64,000 bases of DNA from positions 1,887 to 65,886 of the forward strand of contig CAYNZC010000006.1 of assembly GCA_964401575.1 (NCBI GenBank). The letters are read 5' to 3'. Each line of letters opens with the position of its first letter. The stretch's first letter is position 1. Of this stretch, positions 36,396-46,306 are shown piece after piece. Position numbers and translations under genes: made by a program. Origin of the DNA: an uncultured Verrucomicrobiota bacterium. GTDB lineage: Bacteria; Verrucomicrobiota; Verrucomicrobiia; Limisphaerales; UBA8199. The notes under the pieces were generated by a model. The model made no database searches. It saw only the letters and a program-made list of their open reading frames with translations, and was not told the DNA's origin.

Positions 36396-38248
36396 AAGCG
36401 CGTCTGGTTCATTGGTTTTTCTTTGGGCTGTGCGGCGGGCAGCTTTTGGCCGCCATTTCCGATTCACGCTGGCTTGCGCCGTCTTCGCTGGCCGCCGCGC
36501 CCGATGGACAAACCATGTATGTGGCGTGTGCCGGCGCCGGACGGGTGCTGGTTGTTGATCTCGCCACGCGCAAAGTGGCAAAGGCCATCGCCACGCCCGC
36601 CACTCCAATCGGGTTGGCGCTGACTTCCGACGGGGGGACGTTGTTCGTGTCCTGTGCGGCGGCCCGGAGCGAAATTTGTGTCGTGGATGTGAATCAGGCC
36701 CGCGTGACGAGCAGGCTGTCCGCCGGGCATACTGCCATGGCGCCCGTGCTGTCACCGGACGGCAAGACGCTTTATGTCTGCAACCGTTTCGATGACGACG
36801 TGAGCGTCATTCGTCTGGCGACGCGGCAGGAGTTGCGCCGCATTCCGGTTCGTCGCGAGCCCGTGGCGGCGGCGATCACGCGCGACGGGCGGTTTTTGCT
36901 GGTGGCCAATCATTTGCCAACCGGGCGGGCCGATGGAGAACGCATCGGGGCGGTTGTCAGCGTGATTGACACTGCGAGAGGCGCGGTGGTGAAGGAACTG
37001 GAGTTGCCGGATGGCAGCGGTTCACTGCAGGACCTTCGGATTTCTCCGGATGGGCGATTCGCCGTGGTTACACATATCCTTGCCCGTTTTCGCCTTCCGA
37101 CGCTTCAAATCGATCGCGGGTGGATGAACACCAACGCCAAAACCATTATCGCTCTTGATCGCATGGAGGTTCTGAACACGGTTTTGCTCGACACACTTGA
37201 CAGCGGTTCCGCGAATCCGTGGGGCGTTGCCTGGAGCGCCGAAGGGGGGACGCTTGTCGTTGCCCATGCGGGCACGCATGAAGTGAGCGTGATTGATTTT
37301 CCGAAACTCCTTGGAAAGCTTGCCGTGCGGGCGGCCGATGAGGCACGACCGGGCGGCGAGAAAACCTGCGCGGCATCCAGCGTGGCGAACGATCTCTCAA
37401 TTCTTGCGGATGTCAGGACACGGCGACCATTGCCGGAAGGCGATTTCGGTCCGCGCAGTGTTGTGGTGGCCGGGCGCAGGATTTACACGGCAAACTATTT
37501 CTCGGACACACTCACGGCCATCGACCTCGATAGCCGGCATCTGCGGGCTGAGACAATTCCGCTGGGACCAAAACCGCGCATGACCGTTGCGCAGCGTGGT
37601 GAATTCCATTTCAACGATGCGCGCGCCTGTTTTCAGGGCTGGCAGAGCTGCGCTAGTTGTCATGCCGGGGGCGGGCGGGTGGACGCGCTGAACTGGGACC
37701 TGGTGAATGACGGGACCGGCAATCCCAAGAACACAAAGAGCCTGCTGCTTGCGTTTCAAACTCCGCCCTCGATGAGCATTGGCGTGCGGGAAAGCGCCGG
37801 GACCGCGGTCCGCTCCGGGGTTCGACATATACTGTTTACCATGCAACCTCCGGAGGTGGACGCGGCGCTGGATGCCTATTTAAAGACGCTCAAGGCTTTG
37901 CCCAGCCCGCGTCTGGAGGACGGCAAGCTTTCTTTGTCCGCCCGGCGAGGCAAGAAGCTTTTTCACGGCAGGCAAACCGGTTGCGCGCGCTGCCATTCGG
38001 GGCCATTATTCACGGACCTGAAAAGTTACGATGTCGGGACACACAACCGTTTTGACAAGACAACGGACGTGTTCGACACGCCCACGTTGATTGAGGTTTG
38101 GCGCACCGCGCCCTATTTGCACGACGGTTCGGCGGCGACCCTGCGCGAAGTGCTGACGTCCGCAAACCGTCATGACCGGCACGGCTTGACTTCGCAGTTA
38201 ACCGCGGATGAAATCAACGATTTGGTTGAATACCTGCTGTCCCAATGA
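36392..38248 (+). CDS. YVTN beta-propeller fused to di-haem cytochrome c peroxidase (CCP/MauG family) domain
   Basis: Propeller repeats (APDGQTMYVA, TSDGGTLFVS, SPDGKTLYVCN, TRDGRFLLVAN). CASCH and CARCH haem motifs. TPTLIEVWRTAPYLHDGS. GTG 36392 overlaps the iclR stop (GTGA); ATG 36320 is an alternative. Confidence 0.8.
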   Translation: MKARLVHWFFFGLCGGQLLAAISDSRWLAPSSLAAAPDGQTMYVACAGAGRVLVVDLATRKVAKAIATPATPIGLALTSDGGTLFVSCAAARSEICVVDVNQARVTSRLSAGHTAMAPVLSPDGKTLYVCNRFDDDVSVIRLATRQELRRIPVRREPVAAAITRDGRFLLVANHLPTGRADGERIGAVVSVIDTARGAVVKELELPDGSGSLQDLRISPDGRFAVVTHILARFRLPTLQIDRGWMNTNAKTIIALDRMEVLNTVLLDTLDSGSANPWGVAWSAEGGTLVVAHAGTHEVSVIDFPKLLGKLAVRAADEARPGGEKTCAASSVANDLSILADVRTRRPLPEGDFGPRSVVVAGRRIYTANYFSDTLTAIDLDSRHLRAETIPLGPKPRMTVAQRGEFHFNDARACFQGWQSCASCHAGGGRVDALNWDLVNDGTGNPKNTKSLLLAFQTPPSMSIGVRESAGTAVRSGVRHILFTMQPPEVDAALDAYLKTLKALPSPRLEDGKLSLSARRGKKLFHGRQTGCARCHSGPLFTDLKSYDVGTHNRFDKTTDVFDTPTLIEVWRTAPYLHDGSAATLREVLTSANRHDRHGLTSQLTADEINDLVEYLLSQ

Positions 38249-38267
38249 GCCAAACAGAGCGAATTGC

Positions 38268-41200
38268 ATGAAACCGACATTCTTCCCCCGAAAACCCGTT
38301 GCGTGCCTGCTGTTGGCGGTAACGATCCTCGCTCCTGTGACAGCGCAAGGCGCGCTCGCCAGGTCCCCGGGCCTGATGACATCGCGCCAGGCGGCCAAGG
38401 TTGCGGGCCAGTCGATTTACGGACAGTTGCCTTTGACCCTGGAGTGCTATGCGCGGCTGAATGGCGCGAAGAGCTACAACATTCTGATTGCGAACGAACC
38501 CAAACGGTCGTCAACCCACTGGGAAGTATTCACCCAGCCTGGAAATGGTTTTCTGACCGCGTATCTGCCGGGTTGCCAGCCGGACCATATCCGGACCGAG
38601 GCAAATGTGGCGGATGGCCAGTGGCATCATGTGGCAATGGTGTTCGAGGAGCATCGGGCGCGGCTGTTTGCGGATGGCAAACTGGCGGGCGAGCAGGCGA
38701 TTGCGCGACGTCAGGGCGACCGGGTTTCAGGCTCGCTGGTGATGGGCGGATTGGATGGAGACGGGCTTGGTTGTGACGGAGAGATACACTGGGTGCGAAT
38801 CTCCAACATTGCTCGCGAGATTTCCGGCGCCAGCGCGGAGGCGCCCGTGGCCGATGGGCGCACGATCGGGTTGTGGCGTTTTGACCGGGGCTTTTCCGGT
38901 CCGGTGGCGGATCTTTCGGAACAGCGGAAGGCTGCCGTTGTTTTCACAACGCAGACCCTGTCGCCCGAGACGGGGATCTGGCCCCGCCTGATGCAGGGCG
39001 GCATGTCTGGCGCGTTTCAACCCATGCCGCCCGCGAAGGATGTGAGCGCCGGGCGCCGGCTCCTGGCTGAAGCGATTGCGGCGAGAGGGTTGAAGAGCGT
39101 TTCGGCCTCACGACTGCGTGATGGCGTGTTGCGCTTCTGGCTTGCGGAGTACGAAAACTGGCGCAGCAATGTCTTCGCCCCGGGCCAATTGGAGTATCCG
39201 CTGGCACGGCAGCTTCCGCCTTCGTTCAACAAGGACAAGGTTGCCGAACAGGCCTACGACAAACACGCATTGATTTGGGAGTCGGACGTTGGGCCGCTCG
39301 GGACTGCTTTGCGACGAACCGGCGCCTTGCTGGACTGGCTTGTGCAAGCGAACCCTGGCCTGGACCTCCGGGCACTGAAACGGGATTATTCCGCACTGAA
39401 TGCCCATGCCACGGCCGCTGCCACGAAACCGGGCAGTCCGGAGAACCTCGGACTCTACCTGGCTGCGTGCGCCCTCCGCCGGGAGATCGCGCTGCGGAAT
39501 CCATTGCTGGATTTTGACCAACTGCTTTGTGTGGCGCGGGGCACCTTTGAAGGCTCGGTCCGCTCGAACCCGCGGACGGAGGATGTTCAAGGCGGGCATT
39601 TTGTCTCTCAGTATTTCGGTTTCAACGCGCTCCCTGGCGGAGGGCTTTACGTGCTGCGCGATTTCAAAACCGCGCCGCGTCTTGTCAACATTCTGGAAAA
39701 CGCCACCGTGCAGAATGGTCGTTTAAAGGGACGGAAGCTTGACCACGGCGCGTTTGCCACGCCGGACCTGTCTTTTGACGGCCGCCAGATCGTGTTCGCC
39801 TGGACGGCGAACCGCGAGCACAAATGGGTTTATGCGGCCAACACGGTTTTTCACCTGTTCAAGGTTAACGCGGACGGCACGGGCCTGACACAGCTTACAG
39901 ATGGAAACGAAGGCGATTTTGATCCCTGCTGGCTGCCGGGCGGACGAGTGGCGTTTGTTTCAGAACGCCGCGGCGGGTTCATTCGGTGTTTCTCGGGCCT
40001 GCAGGTGCGGACGTACACGCTGTTTTCGATGAAGGCGGACGGCGCCGATATCGTTCCGTTAAGTTACTATGAGACGTCGGAGTGGAATCCGAGCGTGAAC
40101 AACAAGGGCCAGTTGGTCTATACGCGATGGGATTACACGGACCGGGAGAATTGCCTCGGCACCCGTTTCTGGGTTTCCGGCCCGGATGGAACGGACCCGC
40201 GCGCGCCGCATGGCAACTATCCGCATCCCTACCACACCTTCCCTGATCATCAGCCCTGGCAGGGTGGCGGCAACGACAGCCGGATTGGCACGCCGCTGGT
40301 TGAGATGGGCATCCGCGCGATTCCCAACTCCCCCCTCTACGTGTTTACGTCCGCTCCCCACCATGGAGAGGTTTACGGATCAATCGGCTTGCTCGACATC
40401 AGCCGGCCCGATGACGGGCACATGTCCCAGATAAAGCGATTCACTCCGGACGAGCCTTTCCCGGAAACCGAGCTGGGTGCGAGGTTGCATTACAAATACG
40501 GCACGCCGTGGCCGCTGAGCGAGGATTTCATGCTGTGCAATGCGTGGGAGGACGTTGTGTTGCTCGATCGTTTTGGGAACAAGGAGCTGTTGGCCGAACA
40601 CGCGCTGCTTCCCTGCGCGCCCGACGAGCGTTTGCGCATGATTGACCCCATTCCGCTGCGTGCCCGCCCAACGCCGCCGGTTCTTCCGCCGCGCACCGGG
40701 CCGGCCGGGGACGCCACCGGCAGGCGCCCCGCGACCATTGCGGTGATGAATGTTTACGATTCGGACCTGCCGTTTCCGCCGGATGTAAAAATCAAATGGC
40801 TGCGGGTAACGCAGAACATTCTCAAAGAAAACCACGAGATGGGTCTGCCCATGATCGGCTATGAACGGGAAAATACGCCGCGCATTCCGTTGGGCATCGT
40901 GCCCGTGGAGGACGATGGAAGCGTCTATTTTGAGGCGCCAGTCGCCAAGGGGCTGATCTTCCAGGTGCTTGATGAGCAATATCGGGCCGTGCAGTCCATG
41001 CGTTCGACCGCTTTTGCGCATCCGGGCGAGCAGTTGAGCTGCCAGGGATGCCACGAAAACACCCGGCAAGCGCCCCAACTGGCCCGCGCGCCGGCGGCTT
41101 TGCAGCGATCCCCATCCAAACTCCAGCCGGAGCTGCAGCCTGTCGAGCCGATCAGCTATTACCGTCAGATCAAGCCGATCTTTGAACAAACGTGCATTCC

Positions 41201-42431
41201 CTGCCATGTGAAAAGACATCAAGGGCCTGAAGACATGAGCTACAACGCCCTCCGCGAGGATGTCTTCTGGTTTTCGGGGGCGATGTGGGGAGGGATGGCC
41301 ACCGAATACAGCGGCATTCACGGCGGCTCGCGGACGATTCCGGGCCGTTTTGGCGCCCGCTACTGCAACGTGGGCAGAGCGCTTGCAACCGAAGCGCACC
41401 TTAAAGTGGTCTCGCCGGAAGACCGGCATGCGATTTATCTCTGGCTCGATTCCAATGCCCCCCGCCTGGGAGCGTATGAAAACGAGGCCGGGCAGCTTCG
41501 GGGTGAGCTTGTGTGGCCCGTCCTGGATGTTGACCCGGCCAATCCCTGCGGCACTGAAAGCACGGCGCCGCCGCTGAGACGCAACTTCTGGCATGAGAAC
41601 CTGCGGGGCCCCTACGCCTGCCTGATCGCCGAGCACGCGAATGATCGCGTGGCGCTGCTCGACGAGCGTGGCCAGGTCGTGTGGGATTATTCCGTGCCGC
41701 ATCCGCAGGATGTCTGGATGCTGCCTGGTGGAAACATTCTTACCACGTATTACCAGGGGGTGCGTGAAGTGACGCGGGCAAAGAAGGTCGTTTGGGAATA
41801 CAAAACCTCAAAGCCAAATGAGATTCCAAACTGCCAGCCTCTTCCGGATGGCAATGTGCTCATCGGCATTGTCGGCGAGTGCCGCCTCATCGAGGTCAAC
41901 CGCAAAGGCAGCATCTTGCGCGAAATCAAACTTCAGACGACTGAGAAGACTCCGCACGCTCAATTCCGGATGTGTCGCAAGACGCTGGAAGGCACCTACC
42001 TTGTGCCATTCACTGCTGAAGGCGCGGTGCGGGAATACAACGCAGCCGGCAAAGTGATTCGGGAGTTTCCGCGCAAACCGGATCCCGTCGCGGTCTTGCG
42101 GTTGCCCAACGGCAATACACTCATCTCGGCCGGGGGCGAGATTACGGAATACGATGCGGACAACCGTGTCGTCTGGCGAGTGGATGCCGAATGGCTTCCA
42201 GATATTCAGTTTGGCACACTCGCGGGGCTCCAACGCCTGCCCAATGGCAATACCATCGTGTGCAACTGGAACACGAGCGACACAGGCGACCGCGTTGGCG
42301 CGCACATCTTTGAGCTGAGCCCGGACAAGCGCGTTCTCTGGCAGGTGAGGGGAACGCACATTGGCCAGGTGGCGCAATGCCAAATTCTTACGCCCGATTT
42401 TCAGCCGCGCGGGGAGCGGATTGTCCGTTGA
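38268..42431 (+). CDS. giant secreted multidomain protein: LamG-like lectin, PD40/TolB-like propeller (hydrazine-synthase-alpha-like middle), two CxxCH motifs, C-terminal PQQ-like propeller
   Basis: Signal peptide MKPTFFPRKPVACLLLAVTILAPVTAQGA. LamG signature ADGQWHHVAMVFEEHRARLFADGKL. NADGTGLTQLTDG...DPCWLPGGRVAFVS. CQGCHE and IKPIFEQTCIPCHV. Repeated LPDGN/LPNGN blades. Confidence 0.8.
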   Translation: MKPTFFPRKPVACLLLAVTILAPVTAQGALARSPGLMTSRQAAKVAGQSIYGQLPLTLECYARLNGAKSYNILIANEPKRSSTHWEVFTQPGNGFLTAYLPGCQPDHIRTEANVADGQWHHVAMVFEEHRARLFADGKLAGEQAIARRQGDRVSGSLVMGGLDGDGLGCDGEIHWVRISNIAREISGASAEAPVADGRTIGLWRFDRGFSGPVADLSEQRKAAVVFTTQTLSPETGIWPRLMQGGMSGAFQPMPPAKDVSAGRRLLAEAIAARGLKSVSASRLRDGVLRFWLAEYENWRSNVFAPGQLEYPLARQLPPSFNKDKVAEQAYDKHALIWESDVGPLGTALRRTGALLDWLVQANPGLDLRALKRDYSALNAHATAAATKPGSPENLGLYLAACALRREIALRNPLLDFDQLLCVARGTFEGSVRSNPRTEDVQGGHFVSQYFGFNALPGGGLYVLRDFKTAPRLVNILENATVQNGRLKGRKLDHGAFATPDLSFDGRQIVFAWTANREHKWVYAANTVFHLFKVNADGTGLTQLTDGNEGDFDPCWLPGGRVAFVSERRGGFIRCFSGLQVRTYTLFSMKADGADIVPLSYYETSEWNPSVNNKGQLVYTRWDYTDRENCLGTRFWVSGPDGTDPRAPHGNYPHPYHTFPDHQPWQGGGNDSRIGTPLVEMGIRAIPNSPLYVFTSAPHHGEVYGSIGLLDISRPDDGHMSQIKRFTPDEPFPETELGARLHYKYGTPWPLSEDFMLCNAWEDVVLLDRFGNKELLAEHALLPCAPDERLRMIDPIPLRARPTPPVLPPRTGPAGDATGRRPATIAVMNVYDSDLPFPPDVKIKWLRVTQNILKENHEMGLPMIGYERENTPRIPLGIVPVEDDGSVYFEAPVAKGLIFQVLDEQYRAVQSMRSTAFAHPGEQLSCQGCHENTRQAPQLARAPAALQRSPSKLQPELQPVEPISYYRQIKPIFEQTCIPCHVKRHQGPEDMSYNALREDVFWFSGAMWGGMATEYSGIHGGSRTIPGRFGARYCNVGRALATEAHLKVVSPEDRHAIYLWLDSNAPRLGAYENEAGQLRGELVWPVLDVDPANPCGTESTAPPLRRNFWHENLRGPYACLIAEHANDRVALLDERGQVVWDYSVPHPQDVWMLPGGNILTTYYQGVREVTRAKKVVWEYKTSKPNEIPNCQPLPDGNVLIGIVGECRLIEVNRKGSILREIKLQTTEKTPHAQFRMCRKTLEGTYLVPFTAEGAVREYNAAGKVIREFPRKPDPVAVLRLPNGNTLISAGGEITEYDADNRVVWRVDAEWLPDIQFGTLAGLQRLPNGNTIVCNWNTSDTGDRVGAHIFELSPDKRVLWQVRGTHIGQVAQCQILTPDFQPRGERIVR

Positions 42432-42630
42432 TACCAAACTGGCGCTGCGGGACAATCACCGGCCCGGCGATCTGAGGGGGTCGAATTGCGGGGAATGAGA
42501 ATCGCCTTGCGTTTTGGAGGGGAAACGACAATGAGATAACGATGGATTGCGGACTGTCCGCGGAGAGGCGTTGTGACGCAATTGGTGTGCGGGCGGTGCC
42601 GCGCCAGGAAGAACACCGCCGAGAACCGCG

Positions 42631-44133
42631 ATGAAACTGAATATCAAAATGCTCCATTTGGCTGTTCTGGCCACACTCCTGATCGCCTTGTCCTCTGCCG
42701 GGTTGGCGGGCGCCGCCAAACCCAACATTGTTTTGGTGCTGGCGGACGACATGGGCTATTACAGCATCGGGGCTTTGGGACAGGACAAGATCCAGACTCC
42801 GAACCTGGACAAACTGGCTGCCAACGGGATGGTGCTCACCCAATTCTACGCCAATCATCTCTGTTCCCCGAGCCGGGCCAGCCTTGTCACCGGGATGCAT
42901 ACGGGGCACGGGTTGATTCGCGGCAACTACGAGCTTGGCGGGTATGATGACGGGCAGGAATTCGGGCAGATGCCGCTGGCGCCGAACATGCAGACGGTGG
43001 GCACGGAGTTGCAGCGAGCCGGCTACGCCACGGCGGTGATGGGCAAGTGGGGGTTGGGTGGCGCTCGATCCACCGGCGTTCCAGGCCTTCAAGGCATTGA
43101 TTCCTTTTACGGGTACCTGGACCAGGCACTGGCCCACAATTACTACCCGACGCACCTGTGGCGGAACGAAACCAGGGAGGTTTTGCCCAATCCGCCCTTC
43201 AGCGTTCATCCGACCAACATCAACATCAAGCATCCCGATGACCCGGTCGAGTATGCGGGCTGGAAAGGCAACGTCTATTCCGCGGACCAGATTCACAAGG
43301 TTGCGATGGAGTTTATCGAGGACCACAAGAGCCGGCCGTTTTTTCTTGAGATGGCCTACACCCTTCCGCACATGGCGCTCCAGGCGCCGGATCGCGCCCT
43401 GGAACAATACAAGGGCAAGTTCGAGGACAGGCCTTACCTTGGTGAAAAAGGCTACATACCATGCCAATACCCGCGCGCAACCTATGCCGCCATGATTTCC
43501 CTGCTGGATGAATACGTGGGGGACCTCATGACCGTTTTGCGGCGGAACGGATTGGACAAGAACACCCTCGTCATCTTCACCGCCGACAATGGCGCGGCGG
43601 TGGCCGGCGGAGCCGATCCCGATTATTTCGGGTGCAGCGGAAACCTGCGCGGCAGGAAGGGCTCGGTTTACGAAGGCGGGATCAGGGTTCCGTTCATTGC
43701 ATGGTGGCCGGGCGTTATCAAGCCGGGCTCGACCTCGGCGCATCTCTGCGGCATCTGGGATCTAATGCCCACGTTCCTCGAGGTTGCCGGCACAAGCGCG
43801 ACCCGAAGCATCGACGGGCTTTCGCTTCTTCCGGCACTCAAGGGGGACGCCTCGCAAAAGGAGCATCCGTTTCTCTACTGGGAACGGCACAGCGCCGCCG
43901 GAGACGCGCATACGCAGGCGGTCCGTTTTGGAGATTGGAAGGCTGTGAAGACCTTCAAGAAAAAGGGAACCTCGCTTGAATTGTACAATTTGAAGGAGGA
44001 CACTTGCGAAGCGGCCGACCTGTCGGCAAAGCATCCCGAGCTTGTGAAACAGGCCGAGTCGCATCTCCAGACCCGGCGTCTGGCCGCCGTTGTGGAATGG
44101 AACTTCGTCAAGCCTGGGAACAAAGATGACTAG
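42631..44133 (+). CDS. sulfatase (arylsulfatase A-like, formylglycine-dependent)
   Basis: Signal peptide. LADDMGY. CSPSRASLVTGMHTG. GKWGLG. Confidence 0.92.
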   Translation: MKLNIKMLHLAVLATLLIALSSAGLAGAAKPNIVLVLADDMGYYSIGALGQDKIQTPNLDKLAANGMVLTQFYANHLCSPSRASLVTGMHTGHGLIRGNYELGGYDDGQEFGQMPLAPNMQTVGTELQRAGYATAVMGKWGLGGARSTGVPGLQGIDSFYGYLDQALAHNYYPTHLWRNETREVLPNPPFSVHPTNINIKHPDDPVEYAGWKGNVYSADQIHKVAMEFIEDHKSRPFFLEMAYTLPHMALQAPDRALEQYKGKFEDRPYLGEKGYIPCQYPRATYAAMISLLDEYVGDLMTVLRRNGLDKNTLVIFTADNGAAVAGGADPDYFGCSGNLRGRKGSVYEGGIRVPFIAWWPGVIKPGSTSAHLCGIWDLMPTFLEVAGTSATRSIDGLSLLPALKGDASQKEHPFLYWERHSAAGDAHTQAVRFGDWKAVKTFKKKGTSLELYNLKEDTCEAADLSAKHPELVKQAESHLQTRRLAAVVEWNFVKPGNKDD

Positions 44134-46036
44134 GCGGCGCCTTGTGGAAAGCTCGCGAATATCGGGCGATTGCCCCGCATGGCTCGGGTTTCTGGCCGCC
44201 GCCCTCTTGCTGGTAATTGTTGCTGCCGGGTCCGACGCGCGGGCAGGAACGTTCTACGTGGACGCAGCGCGGGGCGACGATGCGGGAAGCGGCGCGCAGC
44301 CCGAAACCGCCTGGCGTTCCCTTGCCCGGGTGAATCGTGCCTCGCTTGCGCCGGGTGACCGTGTGCTCTTCAGGCGCGGCCAGGCGTGGCGCGGTCAACT
44401 GGTCCCGCAGAGCGGCAGCGATCAGGGGGTCATCACCTATGGCGCTTTTGGCGAGGGTGGCAAGCCGGTGCTGCTGGGCTCGGCGGCTGCCGATCGTCCC
44501 GAGGATTGGGAAGCTGCCGGCAAGGGTCTTTGGGTGACTGTGCCGTCGCGCTTTGAGCCGGTCGGCGTCCCGGTCCATTTACGTCCGGAAAACGGGTGGC
44601 TGCACCAGGAAACTGGCGCCGCCTGCACGCTCGGCCGGGAAAAGCAGGCCGGGGAACCCGGGACTGTGCTGAGGATTGACTGCCGCAACCCGGGGACGCG
44701 CGCCAATCACCTGCAGTTGTCCTTCCCGGGATTGACCGTGCGCGATGGCGAATATTACCTCCTCACTTTTCGCGCAAAGGCCACGCGTCCGTTCACGCCG
44801 GCCTCGGTCTCCTTGATGAAGGATAGCGCGCCGTGGACTTCCTACGCCACGGCTGAAACCTCGCATACTCCCATAGGCACAAACTGGACCGAGTACACGC
44901 TCCGTTTCCACGCGCGGCAGAATGCCGATGACGCCCGGCTCACTGTTTTTCTCGGCGGGATGCTGCCGCCGGATGGCACGCTGTGGCTGATGCCCGGGCG
45001 GATCGTCAAAGCGCGATGCAACCAGGAGGTTCCCCTGTCAGTGGATGTGGGCAACATCATCTTCGATCACGGCAGGGCCACCGGCGTAAAGAAGTGGAAA
45101 GAAGCCGACTTGCGGCAGGAGGGTGATTACCTCTATGACGCGCGCTCGTGGCAGGTGAAACTCCGTTCGGACTCCAATCCGGCCACGCGGCGCCGAAGCA
45201 TTGAACTGGCGTTGCGCAAACACATCATTGACCAGAGCGGGCGCGGGTATGTGACATACGAAAACCTCGACCTGCGTTACGGGGCGGCCCACGGCATCGG
45301 CGGGGGCGGCACGCACCACATCACCATCCGGGGCTGCGACATCTCATTCGTTGGCGGCGGCCACCAGTTCACGCGGGCGAATGGCCATCCGGTCCGCTTC
45401 GGCAACGGAATCGAATTCTGGTCCGGCGCGCACGACTGTCTGGTCGAGGACTGCCGCATTTGGGAGATTTACGATGCCGCCCTGACCAACCAGGGCGATG
45501 GAACCAACGTGCAGGAGAACATCACCTACCGGCGCAATGTGATTTGGAACAGCGAATACTCGTTCGAGTTCTGGAATCGCGGCCCGGAAAGCGTGACGCG
45601 CAACATTTTCTTCGAGCACAATACGTGTGTGGATGCGGGGCTCGGCTGGGCGCACGGCCAGCGGCCGGATCCCAACGGGCGCCACCTCATGTTTTACGAC
45701 AACTCCTCCGCTACCACCAACATGGTGATTCGCAGCAACATTTTTTGTCGCGCCACCGACAGCCTCTTGCGCCTGCACGGACGCGACTGGACCGCCGCCC
45801 TCACGATGGACGGCAACTGCTGGTTTCAGCCGCATGGCGCATGGGTGCTCTGGGGCAACCAGAAGGTGGAGGCGGAAACCGTTGCAGATTTCATGCAGCG
45901 GCGCGGTATGGACCTTCACTCGTGCATGACGGATCCAAAGTTTGTGGACGATGCGCGGCGCGACTACCGCCTGGCTCCGGACAGTCCGGCTCGCACCCTG
46001 GACAGCGGTGGCAGGCCGGCGGGAGCGTTGCCGTAG
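44126..46036 (+). CDS. right-handed parallel beta-helix protein with CBM4/9-like insert
   Basis: TM/signal segment. GTFYVDAARGDDAGSGAQPETAW head typical of beta-helix enzymes. CBM-like block (NHLQLSFPGLTVRDGEYYLLTFRAKA). Repeated I/V-x-N coils. ATG 44126 overlaps the sulfatase stop by 8 nt. Confidence 0.72.
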   Translation: MTRRRLVESSRISGDCPAWLGFLAAALLLVIVAAGSDARAGTFYVDAARGDDAGSGAQPETAWRSLARVNRASLAPGDRVLFRRGQAWRGQLVPQSGSDQGVITYGAFGEGGKPVLLGSAAADRPEDWEAAGKGLWVTVPSRFEPVGVPVHLRPENGWLHQETGAACTLGREKQAGEPGTVLRIDCRNPGTRANHLQLSFPGLTVRDGEYYLLTFRAKATRPFTPASVSLMKDSAPWTSYATAETSHTPIGTNWTEYTLRFHARQNADDARLTVFLGGMLPPDGTLWLMPGRIVKARCNQEVPLSVDVGNIIFDHGRATGVKKWKEADLRQEGDYLYDARSWQVKLRSDSNPATRRRSIELALRKHIIDQSGRGYVTYENLDLRYGAAHGIGGGGTHHITIRGCDISFVGGGHQFTRANGHPVRFGNGIEFWSGAHDCLVEDCRIWEIYDAALTNQGDGTNVQENITYRRNVIWNSEYSFEFWNRGPESVTRNIFFEHNTCVDAGLGWAHGQRPDPNGRHLMFYDNSSATTNMVIRSNIFCRATDSLLRLHGRDWTAALTMDGNCWFQPHGAWVLWGNQKVEAETVADFMQRRGMDLHSCMTDPKFVDDARRDYRLAPDSPARTLDSGGRPAGALP

Positions 46037-46306
46037 CTGCCACGTTGGCGTGGAGCACGCGGCGGGAGGGGCGGGGGAGGAGGACCGTGCCCGGCGCCGG
46101 GGTGGCGAAGGATCTTCTCCACGAACCGGGGGGTGTCAACGTTGGCGAGGACTCGGACTGCGATGACCCCATCGAGACACTGGACCGCGAGACGCTGAAA
46201 GAATCGGAGCCTGAACCGAGCGGCATTCCGCGCCCGTATTTGAAAAAGGTTTTCTTTACGGAGAGTCTCACTATCGTTAGCAGAAGTTGTTAGAAACTGA
46301 TCCATT

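Noticed and set aside
40380-41702. 440-aa antisense ORF inside the giant multidomain gene. The same situation applies to 42388-43743 inside the sulfatase and 35553-36755 across iclR.
   Set aside because: These are high-GC antisense shadows. The sense strands carry diagnostic motifs (CxxCH, CSPSR, IclR HTH), while the antisense translations are low-complexity and Arg/Pro-rich.
46061-46102. G-rich tract GGCGGGAGGGGCGGGGGAGGAGG upstream of rubrerythrin as a G-quadruplex
   Set aside because: Only three closely spaced G3+ runs are present, and the fourth is about 20 nt away. This is not a canonical G4. I also saw no clear PerR/Fur-type palindrome before rbr.
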